A stretch of DNA of 64,000 nucleotides from Candidatus Chromulinivorax destructor (GTDB lineage: Bacteria; Babelota; Babeliae; Babelales; Chromulinivoraceae): assembly GCF_003366055.1 (NCBI RefSeq), contig NZ_CP025544.1, positions 477,278 to 541,277 of the forward strand, read 5' to 3'. Both the position numbers and the translations under genes were made by a program. The notes beneath the pieces were generated by a model. It was not told the origin of the DNA and made no database searches. It saw only the letters and a list, made by a program, of their open reading frames with translations. Every line of letters starts with the position of its first letter. Within the stretch, counting starts at the first letter, position 1. Shown one piece after another: positions 49,589-59,538 of this stretch.

Positions 49589-50302
49589 CTATTTTGGATT
49601 CTGTTGTATAAAATCTAGAATTTTACGAGCTCCATCATCAGGAGTACCTTGTGAATTATCAATCCACAGGTCATAATTATTACCTTCATGCACAGAATAA
49701 TAATGACTTGCAGCATGTCCAATAGGACTTGTACTGCGAGCTTGTTCACGAGCTTGCAAAATATCAAGCGGGACTGTTACACCAATAAGATAGACGGGAC
49801 AACCTTGTAACTGTTTGAGCAAATCTTTTATCCATGCTTGCTCATACATAATGTAATCAACCACAACATTATTACCTGCTTTTGCATACCCAGCTATAGC
49901 TGCATGCATACCTTTGATAATTTTTTGACCAGATTGCCCAACATGTAAAGAGACAATATTATTTTCGATCGTTACACATCTTAAATCATTTCCAAAATCA
50001 GCATCAGCTTTTACCCCTAATGTTCCATGCTCATCAGGAAACAGATCATTAAAAAAATTATCAATACCAATGGCAAGGTAGGGAACAGCTGCTAAGCGCT
50101 GAATACTTTTTTGCAAACTTGATTTACCTGCAGCAGAGGGACCATTAAGAATAATAACAATACCAAATGTATCTGTTTTAATGTTTGTTCTAGATTGCTT
50201 ATACATAAAAAAACTCAAGGCTACAAAGAAAACAAATGCAATTATTTTATACATCAATATATACTCCATGCATTTTTTATATAATAAAAACAAAACTGAC
50301 AA
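49589..50302 (-). CDS. membrane-anchored P-loop kinase, chloramphenicol-phosphotransferase (CPT)-like family
   Basis: N-terminal TM; ILNGPSAAGKSSL resembles CPT P-loop (NGGSSAGKSS). Confidence 0.45.
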   Translation of the reverse strand: MSVLFLLYKKCMEYILMYKIIAFVFFVALSFFMYKQSRTNIKTDTFGIVIILNGPSAAGKSSLQKSIQRLAAVPYLAIGIDNFFNDLFPDEHGTLGVKADADFGNDLRCVTIENNIVSLHVGQSGQKIIKGMHAAIAGYAKAGNNVVVDYIMYEQAWIKDLLKQLQGCPVYLIGVTVPLDILQAREQARSTSPIGHAASHYYSVHEGNNYDLWIDNSQGTPDDGARKILDFIQQNPK

Positions 50303-50405
50303 TGAAAAAATTTAAAATCTTACAATTCAAACTGAAATTATTGTAAACTGATGCTATACAAAAATAATATCACAATATAAGCATACAACAAAATAAGGTT
50401 GAAAG

Positions 50406-51209
50406 ATGAAATATAATTTTAAAATAGTTTTAATTATGATGATCTCTTTTCAATGGAACGAAATTGAATCGATGGTTACCTCATATAACAAATCAGATGA
50501 TCACGTATCAGCGAGCAATGAATATGAAGATATGTATGCTTCTATAAGCCCTACCAAACCAGAGCATATCGCCAAAAAAAGCAATGGTAATTTTTATGAG
50601 AATGTAGTTGATGCGTTAGATCATTATTTTACAACACCTATAAACGAGATTGAAAATAAAATTGATACGACACCTGAAGTGACATCCTTTATAGGTTCTC
50701 AAGATACTAAAAACAGTGTGTATGATTACCTATTTGAAGATGAAGAAAAAAAAGAAAAAACAACCGATACGTTGACTCAACTAACAGAACAAAGCGTACA
50801 TCCTATTTTATTATCCGCAATTAATAGTCCAGACAAAGGCATGCAAGCTGCTATAAACTTTGTACTGAGCGAATCAAACGTTAATAATCAAAACAATCCA
50901 ACAGAAACCAGTCCATTACATTTTGCAATCAAATATAATGCCTATAACTTAGCAGCACTTCTTATTGGTGCAGGAGCAAACGTCAATGCACAAGACATAG
51001 ATGGTTACACTCCGTTACATAGTGCAGTGATATATCATCACAATGAGGATACTACCAATGATTCTATAAAAGCATTACTCAAGGCTGGAGCTAACTTGTA
51101 TATACAAGACAAAGAGGGAAAAACTGCTGCAAAAATAGCACGAGAACTCAATATGATGCCACTTTATGACTTAATTGAGCAAGCTGCTGTCTATCGACTT
51201 ATTAACTAA
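50406..51209 (+). CDS. ankyrin-repeat protein (267 aa) with N-terminal signal/anchor
   Basis: ANK repeats TSPLHFAIKYNAYNLAALLIGAGANVNAQDIDGYTPLHSAV. Confidence 0.7.
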   Translation: MKYNFKIVLIMMISFQWNEIESMVTSYNKSDDHVSASNEYEDMYASISPTKPEHIAKKSNGNFYENVVDALDHYFTTPINEIENKIDTTPEVTSFIGSQDTKNSVYDYLFEDEEKKEKTTDTLTQLTEQSVHPILLSAINSPDKGMQAAINFVLSESNVNNQNNPTETSPLHFAIKYNAYNLAALLIGAGANVNAQDIDGYTPLHSAVIYHHNEDTTNDSIKALLKAGANLYIQDKEGKTAAKIARELNMMPLYDLIEQAAVYRLIN

Positions 51210-51341
51210 AAAGCATACAAAAAACACTCGTTTCAAATTGTAATAATTTGCAACAAAGAACCCCACCCCTTGCATTTCACGCTGAAAATAAACTACTATT
51301 ATACATGCAAATAAAACATACTTTTAAAAAAGGAATTTATT

Positions 51342-52517
51342 ATGAAATATACATATAGATTACTATTCATGTTATCACTCTTACCAGCAAGCTTACAACT
51401 AGAAGCAAGACATTATGGTGATTTTTTGCATGAAAAAGGAAATGACGTGCATGAAGATTCTGTAAATCATGATTTTAATTCATTAGCAGATGTCATGAAA
51501 ATGATAGCACAACATAAAGCTCAAGGAACTTATGACGGTAGCACTCCATTACATTATTTAGCAAATGGTGATGAAAGTGATGCAGTTGAATTACAAATTG
51601 CTAAAGAATTAATGCAATCTCATCCTGAATTTATTAATGATCAAAATAATGAGAATCAGGAAAGCCCATTACATGTAGCTGCAGATTCAGAAAATTTTGA
51701 ACTAATAAAAGCTCTTATTAACGCTGGTGCAAAAGTAAATGCTCAAGATGTCAATGGTAGAACAGCTTTACATTATATTGCTTTTGGAGACACTGAGAAT
51801 GATGCTAACAATTTAAAAATAGCTCGATTTTTGATTGATCATGGAGCAGATCTGTCTATTATAGATGCTGTGCAACATGAAGAAGATGGAACTATTTTTG
51901 GAGGCCTAACAGCTGCTGATATAGCTGCTAAGTACAACACTGATTTAAAAATGAAAAAATTACTTGCTGATGCCTTAGCAAGTGAAAAAGGAAATGACGT
52001 GGATGAAGATTCTGGAAGTTTTGATTTTAATTCATTAGCAGATGTCATGAAAATGATAGCAAAACATAAAGCTCAAGGAACTTATGATGGTAGCACTCCG
52101 TTACATTATTTAGCAGAAGGTGACAACAATGATCAAGTTAATTTAAAACTTGTTAAAGAGTTGATACAATCTCACCCTGAATTTATTAATGATCAAAATA
52201 ATGAGAATCGTGAAAGCCCATTGCATGTTGCTGTAGATTTAGAACATTTTGAACTCGTAGAGCTTCTTATTAACGCTGGAGCAAAGGTAAACGCTCAAGA
52301 TCTAGGTGGTCGCACACCTTTACATTATATTGTCTTTGAAAACTATCACGCAGGTGATGCTAACAATTTAAAAATAGCTCAATTTTTAATTAAGCATGGT
52401 GCTGATGTATCTCTGAAAGATAACGATGGAAAAAATGTTCGCGATATAGCAATTGAACAAAAAGCTGAACCTGCGTTACGGTCACTTCTGTCAACTTTAA
52501 AAAATTTAAATATGTAA
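51342..52517 (+). CDS. secreted ankyrin-repeat protein (391 aa) built from two ~184-aa tandem copies
   Basis: signal peptide; ANK repeats; unit 1 EKGNDVHEDS...GADLS and unit 2 EKGNDVDEDS...GADVS ~80% identical. Confidence 0.75.
   Translation: MKYTYRLLFMLSLLPASLQLEARHYGDFLHEKGNDVHEDSVNHDFNSLADVMKMIAQHKAQGTYDGSTPLHYLANGDESDAVELQIAKELMQSHPEFINDQNNENQESPLHVAADSENFELIKALINAGAKVNAQDVNGRTALHYIAFGDTENDANNLKIARFLIDHGADLSIIDAVQHEEDGTIFGGLTAADIAAKYNTDLKMKKLLADALASEKGNDVDEDSGSFDFNSLADVMKMIAKHKAQGTYDGSTPLHYLAEGDNNDQVNLKLVKELIQSHPEFINDQNNENRESPLHVAVDLEHFELVELLINAGAKVNAQDLGGRTPLHYIVFENYHAGDANNLKIAQFLIKHGADVSLKDNDGKNVRDIAIEQKAEPALRSLLSTLKNLNM
51432..52517 (+). repeat. intragenic tandem duplication, period 552 bp (unit 1 51432-51983; unit 2 from 51984)
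   Basis: gaaaaaggaaatgacgtg(c/g)atgaagattctg... recurs exactly 552 nt later, in frame. Confidence 0.7.
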
Positions 52518-52585
52518 ATTTAAATTAAAATAATCGGCTAAGAATAAAATATTCTCAGCCGATTATTTTGTATAGTATCATAATT

Positions 52586-53362
52586 CTACAATCTAAACAA
52601 ACCAGAGACTAGACTAATTGCTCGCGTTGATCGAAGCACCGTGGGGGTTAGTAAACAAGCTACAAAGCCTGTTTGCTTGGTCAACTGCTTTTCAACATCA
52701 GTTAAATCACCTTCTGGACCAACTAATAGATAGTAGCTTTCGTGCATATCAATCGGACTATACCATGAAGAAAATGGCACACCCGTGACATCAAAATGAA
52801 ATTTCTTGCCTGCAGTAGGAGTTTTTAACCAATCAGTAAGTTCTACTGGTGGCAAAATAGTTGGATAAGAAAAATCTTTTGACTGCTCTGCTGCTGCAAT
52901 AGCAACGCGTTCTAATTTTTCTAATAATTTTGACGTGCAAGGTGTTTGGGTCTTTTCAGTTGAGAGTAACTGAATCGTCGTGATTCCAACTTCAGTTAAA
53001 GAATAAATAGCATCAGAAAGTGCATCAATTTTTAATAATGGAAGTAAAAAAGTTATTGCTGGCATAACTTTACTGTTAACTTTTCTATCTTTCCAAATAC
53101 CGACAACTTTATTCTTACCTTCGCATCGCAAAAATAAAAATGAAATATTATGCTCTTTATCAAAAAGTATAACAGAATCACCTGGTTTTATACGAACAAC
53201 ATGCTTAAAGCGATGATACAGTTCATCAGAAGTGAACGTAATATCACCTGGATCTGTATCATGCGTAAAAGCTGAAACATCATTGCAATAAAATGCAAAT
53301 TCATGTTTGTTTTCTTGTGATTTTTTTTTCTTATTCAGCATATTTTGATTTAAACCATTCAA
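52586..53362 (-). CDS. rsmE: 16S rRNA (uracil1498-N3)-methyltransferase RsmE
   Basis: N-terminal PUA-like plus SPOUT C-terminal region (GPEGDLTDVE); start codon choice uncertain (overlaps next gene). Confidence 0.65.
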   Translation of the reverse strand: MNGLNQNMLNKKKKSQENKHEFAFYCNDVSAFTHDTDPGDITFTSDELYHRFKHVVRIKPGDSVILFDKEHNISFLFLRCEGKNKVVGIWKDRKVNSKVMPAITFLLPLLKIDALSDAIYSLTEVGITTIQLLSTEKTQTPCTSKLLEKLERVAIAAAEQSKDFSYPTILPPVELTDWLKTPTAGKKFHFDVTGVPFSSWYSPIDMHESYYLLVGPEGDLTDVEKQLTKQTGFVACLLTPTVLRSTRAISLVSGLFRL

Positions 53363-53969
53363 GAGTAGAATTATATGTTTGCGTTACCTGCATTTGTCCA
53401 TACGCCCATGCAACATACGAAAGAAGTACCATAGTTTCATAATACGATAACTCCCTTGGCTCAGCTATTTGTTTGTTGCAATCAACAATAGGAAGATCAC
53501 TATTTTCAATGTCGGCCCAATCATCGTCATCATCATCTCCAAAAAGATCATACAACATATCATCTTGCTGGAAATCAGGATTATCTATAAAAAAACTATT
53601 TTTTACTATAATAATTTTTACAATCTGAAAATCAGAATCTATTTGAAAATTAATGTATAAACCCTCTTGTTCTTGGCAGATAATCTCATGACAATTTATT
53701 TGCGAAATAACATCATCAACAGATTGTTGTAAAGATTGCATGTTTATCATTTTTTGTGACATATCTTGTTGAGTATACTCAATTTTATTATCTTGAAATA
53801 TAGATGAGCCAACAATATGCTCATTTCCATCTGTGTCACAAGAAAAAAGAATAAAAGAATTTTCGATACATACATCACGAAGAGGTATTGCTACTGTTTG
53901 TATGTACGCGTAAGCATCAAACGACCACATAATACTGCATATTGCAATAATTCTAAGCTTTTCAAACAT
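53331..53969 (-). CDS. secreted Asp-rich protein (212 aa), unknown
   Basis: signal peptide; acidic DDDDDDWADIENSD tract. Confidence 0.4.
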   Translation of the reverse strand: MFEKLRIIAICSIMWSFDAYAYIQTVAIPLRDVCIENSFILFSCDTDGNEHIVGSSIFQDNKIEYTQQDMSQKMINMQSLQQSVDDVISQINCHEIICQEQEGLYINFQIDSDFQIVKIIIVKNSFFIDNPDFQQDDMLYDLFGDDDDDDWADIENSDLPIVDCNKQIAEPRELSYYETMVLLSYVAWAYGQMQVTQTYNSTLEWFKSKYAE

Positions 53970-54131
53970 ATATTTCCTTTTTATTAAAATCTAAAATCGA
54001 TATATACTTTGACTATACATATCTGATGAATTTAAATTCAATGAATCCAATGTATATCAGTTTTTATAAAATTTTAATCACTTTTCAATGGTTTAAAAAA
54101 CCTCATGAATATTAAACACTTGAGGATCAAC

Positions 54132-55604
54132 ATGTCATCGGCACCCGTGAATATTTTAATTATTCTTGATGGCCTTGGAATATCTGAGCAGAACTATTAT
54201 AATGCTTTTTTTAAAGCATCTACTCCTCATCTTGATAGATGGAAATTTGAACATTCTTACACAACTTTACAAGCTGCTGGAACATTTGTTGGCTTGCCTG
54301 ATGGCTATAATGGAAATTCTGAAGTTGGTCATTTTGCTTTAGGGTCAGGTAGAATTATGAAGCAAACTTCAACATTATTAAATCACTCTATGCAACAATC
54401 TATATTACAGAACTCTGACATCATAGCAAATCTATTAAAAAAATTCAATACAAACAGGACTGTACATCTCTTGGGACTCGCATCCAATGGGAATATTCAT
54501 AGCAATATTGATCATCTTAAAGCTTTGATATTTGTATTAAAATCTCATGACATCACTAATATTTTAGTCCACGCAATTCTTGATGGTCGAGACACAGCCC
54601 CACAATCAGCTCAACAGTTTCTTGATGCTATTGCAACTGATTTAGAAAAATATAAATGCGGAAAAATTGCATCAATACATGGAAGATTTTATGCCATGGA
54701 CAGAAATAATAACATGGATAGAACGCAAGCAAGCTTTTCAATTTTAACTCAAGAACAAACATCCAAAACATCTTATACGGATAAAATAAATCAAAGTTAT
54801 GATCAAAATATAACTGATGAATTCATACAGCCAACTGCATGCATAGAAAATCATACGATTCAACAAGGTGATGGGGTTATTTTCTTTAATTTTAGGCCAG
54901 ACCGCGCAATTCAACTGACTCAAAAAATTTTAGAACTTGATCTATCTTTTTTTGTAACCCCTGTGCTATACCACGCATCACTTGCAACAACGCCATTAAT
55001 TACAGCTGCAAAAGCAGATAACACCCTGCTTGAAGTTATATCTGCTCACAACAAATCCATTTTTACCATCGCAGAAACTGAAAAATATGCACATGTTACC
55101 TATTTTTTTAATGGACATAAAGATATCAGACTGCAAGGTGAAGTACGAGTCTTAGTTCCATCTTTAACTGATGCTGATATTAAAAAAAATCCATGCATGC
55201 AAGCTGAAAAAATAACTGCTCATGTTCTAGAATCTTTACACACAAATCCATCTGATTTTTATCTGATCAACTATGCAAATGCAGACATGATTGGTCATTC
55301 TGGAAATTTAGATGCAACTATTGCAGCAATTGAATGCTTAGACAGAGAATTAGGACAATTATATGAAGAGGTTGTTACAAAGCGCAACGGGATTATGTAC
55401 ATAACAGCTGATCATGGTAATGCTGAAGTTATGCACGATACAATAACAGCACAACCATGCACAAGTCATACAAGTAATCCTGTACCTTTTTACATGTTAT
55501 CATCAAACAACAAAGAAGATTTAACACTCACATCTCTTGCAGATGTAGCGCCCTTTATTTTAGAAAACATGAATATTACTGTTCCTGATGAAATGAAAAA
55601 ATAA
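54132..55604 (+). CDS. gpmI: 2,3-bisphosphoglycerate-independent phosphoglycerate mutase (start at MSSAPVNILI, SD gagga)
   Basis: N-terminal ILDGLG, catalytic Ser region, metal-binding DHGN and HSG motifs. Confidence 0.85.
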   Translation: MSSAPVNILIILDGLGISEQNYYNAFFKASTPHLDRWKFEHSYTTLQAAGTFVGLPDGYNGNSEVGHFALGSGRIMKQTSTLLNHSMQQSILQNSDIIANLLKKFNTNRTVHLLGLASNGNIHSNIDHLKALIFVLKSHDITNILVHAILDGRDTAPQSAQQFLDAIATDLEKYKCGKIASIHGRFYAMDRNNNMDRTQASFSILTQEQTSKTSYTDKINQSYDQNITDEFIQPTACIENHTIQQGDGVIFFNFRPDRAIQLTQKILELDLSFFVTPVLYHASLATTPLITAAKADNTLLEVISAHNKSIFTIAETEKYAHVTYFFNGHKDIRLQGEVRVLVPSLTDADIKKNPCMQAEKITAHVLESLHTNPSDFYLINYANADMIGHSGNLDATIAAIECLDRELGQLYEEVVTKRNGIMYITADHGNAEVMHDTITAQPCTSHTSNPVPFYMLSSNNKEDLTLTSLADVAPFILENMNITVPDEMKK

Positions 55605-55625
55605 AGACTAGCGCTGATTTTTGTC

Positions 55626-56033
55626 CTAATTACCTACTTGATAAAAATCAAATATTTCCTGGGCTTGACTGTAATCAACTTGATACTGTTGCTTAAAAAT
55701 TTCATCAAAATTTGTGCGCTCTAGCATAACCGATATTGATCCTTGTTCTCCATGTACAATTGCTATAACAGGATTGTATTTAAAAAACGATGCATGTAAA
55801 CATTGCATAGCTTTGCGTTCAGTATATGAGGCTGCAATTACTCCATTGATTGCATGGCAAGCAGTACGTTGAGGATAGCTTTCATCATGCTTGCATAACA
55901 ATGCGATTTCTGCACGCAAAGCTGCTTCATTAAGCATTTTACAATATTTTTGTTCATCAAAAGATGCATAGCAAATTTGAAAAAACATACAAAGTGAACT
56001 TACTAAAAAGATGTATTTATTAATTGTATGCAT
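55626..56033 (-). CDS. secreted protein (135 aa), unknown
   Basis: signal peptide. Confidence 0.4.
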   Translation of the reverse strand: MHTINKYIFLVSSLCMFFQICYASFDEQKYCKMLNEAALRAEIALLCKHDESYPQRTACHAINGVIAASYTERKAMQCLHASFFKYNPVIAIVHGEQGSISVMLERTNFDEIFKQQYQVDYSQAQEIFDFYQVGN

Positions 56034-56198
56034 GGGGTTTCTTTCTAAAAAAATACTAATAATTTTAAAATTTCTTATGTAGAACTGTGTTTAATCTACC
56101 TTAAGAAATAGTAAATTCAAAATAACTTTTACAAAAAAAGCTTATGACAAAGAAATCTCTTTGTCATAAGCTTTTTTAAATTTTATTAACCAAATCTT

Positions 56199-56876
56199 TT
56201 ACAAATTTCTAACTTGCTGAAGTCTTCCATAATTAACTGCATGTTTGTCATAACGTAATGCAGCTGAATTTATAGCTTTATCATGATCATCTACATTTTT
56301 TTTAGCTGGATACCAGACTAAATCCATATATTTATCTTGATAATGAGCAATATCTTTAAAACCAAACTTACCTTCATATAATGCACGAGCTTTTGTATTA
56401 GCTAAACGAGTAAAAATAGTAATCTTTGCAGCACCACGAGCAATCATATCATCAATAACAAATTGAAGCATTTTTGTTGCATACCCTTTTTTGCGATGAT
56501 CTTTATCAACTGCTAAAAATAGTAAATGCCACCAATATAATGATTTTGGATAATATGCAAGAAAACCAATAGTTTGGCCACGCTCACGCAACACTTTTAA
56601 TACCAGCTTATCAGATTTTGTATGCTGTGTTTCGCTGCGATTATCAAGCATAAAATCAACTGAATAGGTATTCATGCTTTCATCACTAATAAGCATTTTC
56701 CATTCATCAGCAAATATTTTTTTTATTGCTGCTTTATCTCGTGATTCAACATAGTCAACAATACCATTGTCATAAAAAAACCATGAGTATGCAAAAAATA
56801 GTCCCAGAAGACATGTAAGTATGCCTATAATTTTTTTCATGTTAGAGCCATAATGCCTAAAAAATTTTATCATCAA
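56199..56876 (-). CDS. membrane-anchored GNAT-family N-acetyltransferase
   Basis: N-terminal TM; acetyl-CoA-binding motif region RKKGYATKMLQFVIDDMIARGAAKITI; SD aaggaag. Confidence 0.6.
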   Translation of the reverse strand: MMIKFFRHYGSNMKKIIGILTCLLGLFFAYSWFFYDNGIVDYVESRDKAAIKKIFADEWKMLISDESMNTYSVDFMLDNRSETQHTKSDKLVLKVLRERGQTIGFLAYYPKSLYWWHLLFLAVDKDHRKKGYATKMLQFVIDDMIARGAAKITIFTRLANTKARALYEGKFGFKDIAHYQDKYMDLVWYPAKKNVDDHDKAINSAALRYDKHAVNYGRLQQVRNL

Positions 56877-56955
56877 ACTTCCTTTAAATATGAGCTAAAA
56901 ATTTGTAAGTAAACTTATAAAATAAGATAGAGTAAACGGTCACAAAAATATAGAT

Positions 56956-57708
56956 CTAAAGAACTTGTGACTCGTAGACGATCTCATACAAAAGTAATCC
57001 TTTTGATGGAGAATTAGGAAGAGTTTGCTCAGAATTTTTTGCATCTAATGCAGCTTGAACATCATGATGAGAAAGGTCATCTCGCGAAGCAACCGTTAAA
57101 CAAGCTCCAACGATACGACGAATCATATAACGAAGAAATCCCCGGCCTTTCACCACAATCACATGAGCCTGCATAGCATCGTCAAATTCTAAATGAATAG
57201 AATGAACGGTGCGAATCGTACTTTTCATATCATAGCCGGTGCAAAAAGAACGAAAATCATGTTCCCCTACTAAAAGTTGAAGGGCTTTATTAAGCTCATC
57301 AAAATCTAATGGTCGTTTAAAATACCAGCCACAATGCTGAAATAAAGGCATTGGTCGTTGAACAAAAAAGAAATATTTATATGTTTTGAGAAAAACATTA
57401 TGACGAGGATTAAAACCCTCAGGAACAATTGCTATGTCTCTGATTAAAATATCATCAGGTAAAGCATTATTCCATGCAAATTTTAAAGTTTCAGGTGCGA
57501 TCTGCATAGCCAATGTAAAAGTTGCAACTTGCCCAAGGGCATGCACTCCTGCATCGGTACGAGACGCACCTGAAATAGTAATCTTCTGTTTAAAAACAGA
57601 CTCGAAACAATCCTGCAAAATTTGCACGACAGTAATATTATGGTTTTGAAATTGCCACCCGTGATACGCAGTGCCATCATACGCAACTATAATTTTATAC
57701 GCTGTCAT
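56956..57708 (-). CDS. truA: tRNA pseudouridine(38-40) synthase
   Basis: catalytic Asp motif SGASRTDAGVHALGQV. Confidence 0.85.
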   Translation of the reverse strand: MTAYKIIVAYDGTAYHGWQFQNHNITVVQILQDCFESVFKQKITISGASRTDAGVHALGQVATFTLAMQIAPETLKFAWNNALPDDILIRDIAIVPEGFNPRHNVFLKTYKYFFFVQRPMPLFQHCGWYFKRPLDFDELNKALQLLVGEHDFRSFCTGYDMKSTIRTVHSIHLEFDDAMQAHVIVVKGRGFLRYMIRRIVGACLTVASRDDLSHHDVQAALDAKNSEQTLPNSPSKGLLLYEIVYESQVL

Positions 57709-57723
57709 ACAAAAAATTCGCTT

Positions 57724-58011
57724 CTAGTAAAGAGTTGCGCAGTATGGTAATAATGCCATAATACGAGCTTTTTTAATCTCTTTAGAAACCATTTTTTGAT
57801 ATTTACAAGTGTTACCAGAAATACGAGCTGGTAAAATTTTACCACGTTCTGTTAAGAATTTACGTAAGAAACCAGCGTTTTTGTAATCGATTTCTGAAAC
57901 TAGTCCAGGGTTGTTACAAAATCTACAGTGTTTAGCACCGCCTGAAGAATCTTTGCGTAGTTTTTTCTTTAAAAGACGCGCACTGATTTTTAATTTAATT
58001 TTTTTAGTCAT
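57724..58011 (-). CDS. rpsR: 30S ribosomal protein S18
   Basis: conserved CRFC...[24 protein letters not shown]. Confidence 0.85.
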   Translation of the reverse strand: MTKKIKLKISARLLKKKLRKDSSGGAKHCRFCNNPGLVSEIDYKNAGFLRKFLTERGKILPARISGNTCKYQKMVSKEIKKARIMALLPYCATLY

Positions 58012-58020
58012 AGCTTAATC

Positions 58021-58551
58021 CTACTCGTTATGATCTTCGAAATCTTCTTCATCTTCTTCATCAAAATTTACTGAAGAAGTTGCAGCTTTACCAGCTACTC
58101 CACCAACAATAGATTTTTCTTCAGGTTTTCTGCCTTTAAAGCCACCACGTGGTTTTAACAAGCCTTCCATGTCATTTTTTTTCAAAAATGAATCTACATC
58201 AGTCGGAGTATCTTCGAGAGATTCAGGACGTTTGTATTCTAAAGAAGTACCTTCTAAACGATGAATCATGTTTTTCATAATCAAAGTGTTAAATTTGAAA
58301 ATGTAAGAAGCACGAATATCTTTTAACAATGCATCACGGTTTTCTAAAGCAACTTCAAAACGTGCTAAGAAATAAACACCGTAATCATTTTTTTTAACTG
58401 GATAAGCCAGTCTGTACTTGCCCCAACGCTCAAAAGAAAGCATTTCGCCTTGAGCTGAACGAACAGCTTTCAGGAAGTAAGACTTAATTGACTCAGTTTC
58501 ATCCCCAGTAATCTCAGGGATAGTCAGAAATAACATTTCGTAACGTAACAT
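58021..58551 (-). CDS. rpsF: 30S ribosomal protein S6 with long acidic C-terminal extension
   Basis: N-terminal MLRYEMLFLTIPE (S6 signature), tail EEDEEDFEDHNE; immediately upstream of rpsR. Confidence 0.8.
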   Translation of the reverse strand: MLRYEMLFLTIPEITGDETESIKSYFLKAVRSAQGEMLSFERWGKYRLAYPVKKNDYGVYFLARFEVALENRDALLKDIRASYIFKFNTLIMKNMIHRLEGTSLEYKRPESLEDTPTDVDSFLKKNDMEGLLKPRGGFKGRKPEEKSIVGGVAGKAATSSVNFDEEDEEDFEDHNE

Positions 58552-58748
58552 ACGCGCCCTATATGGATACTATACCCTGTAGATGATTACAGGCTATAAT
58601 AGGTTAAACAAACAGTATTTAATATAAAAAGTGTATCAGAACCATAGTATTTTACTAGTTTTGATACACTTTTCATGTATTTCAAAATGAAAAAAGTAAG
58701 CAAACCTGATTATATAAAGATATACAAAGAGGTTTCACTTGTGCAATC

Positions 58749-59429
58749 TTACGCTAATCTTTGAATTCTTTGAACAACACGCCCAATAATTCTAAAATGA
58801 TCTTTACCGCGTACTAAAGCTACTGGAGCTTCTTTATGGTTAACAGATTCAAGAACGATAAAATCGTCTGTGTATGTTACACGCATAATAGCTTTTACTG
58901 GAATATCGTTACCAAATTCTACAGCACCAATATCACCTGAACGAGTCCAAACCTCAGGAGAGATAATTAAAAAATCACCTTTTGTAAATGTTGGGAACAA
59001 GTTATTGTTATCGATTGATAATGCAAACATAGCATTATCAGATGTGTTTAATACTGGAACAAAAACTTCTTTAAATCCAGTTGTGATTTGCATTAATTGA
59101 TTGTTGTATGGAGACGGGTTTGATGGAACATCGCCAACCACTGGAACAACTTGAATTTTAAGACTTACATCAGAAGTTTCTGGTAAGCTAACATTGTTGT
59201 CAATATTATCAGTTCTTTTGCGACGCTGAGCGAACAGCTCTAAAGGACTTAGCTCGAATGCATTTGCTAATTTTCTTAGCGAATCTTCATTCCAACGTCT
59301 TGTGCCATTTTTAATATGAGTTAAATAACTTTCAGACATTCCTGTTTTTTCAGCTAAAACTTTAGTCGTCCAGCCTTTTTCACGCAATAATTCTTTTACT
59401 CTTAGCTCTGTAGATGTTGAAAAAGACAT
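58749..59429 (-). CDS. XRE-type HTH regulator with C-terminal S24 (LexA/CI-like) peptidase-fold domain
   Basis: SD gggagg; HTH LREKGWTTKVLAEKTGMSESYLTHIKNG; C-terminal beta-rich domain with KGDFLIISPE...RIIGRVV reminiscent of LexA/CI autocleavage domain. Confidence 0.5.
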   Translation of the reverse strand: MSFSTSTELRVKELLREKGWTTKVLAEKTGMSESYLTHIKNGTRRWNEDSLRKLANAFELSPLELFAQRRKRTDNIDNNVSLPETSDVSLKIQVVPVVGDVPSNPSPYNNQLMQITTGFKEVFVPVLNTSDNAMFALSIDNNNLFPTFTKGDFLIISPEVWTRSGDIGAVEFGNDIPVKAIMRVTYTDDFIVLESVNHKEAPVALVRGKDHFRIIGRVVQRIQRLA

Positions 59430-59538
59430 TTCTTTCCTCCCGGTATCGGAAAATTTTTGGTAGTATAATAAATAAAAACAACTTATTACTATAAAGAGTA
59501 TCTACAGGCAATTATTTGTCAAATGAAATAATTTCACA

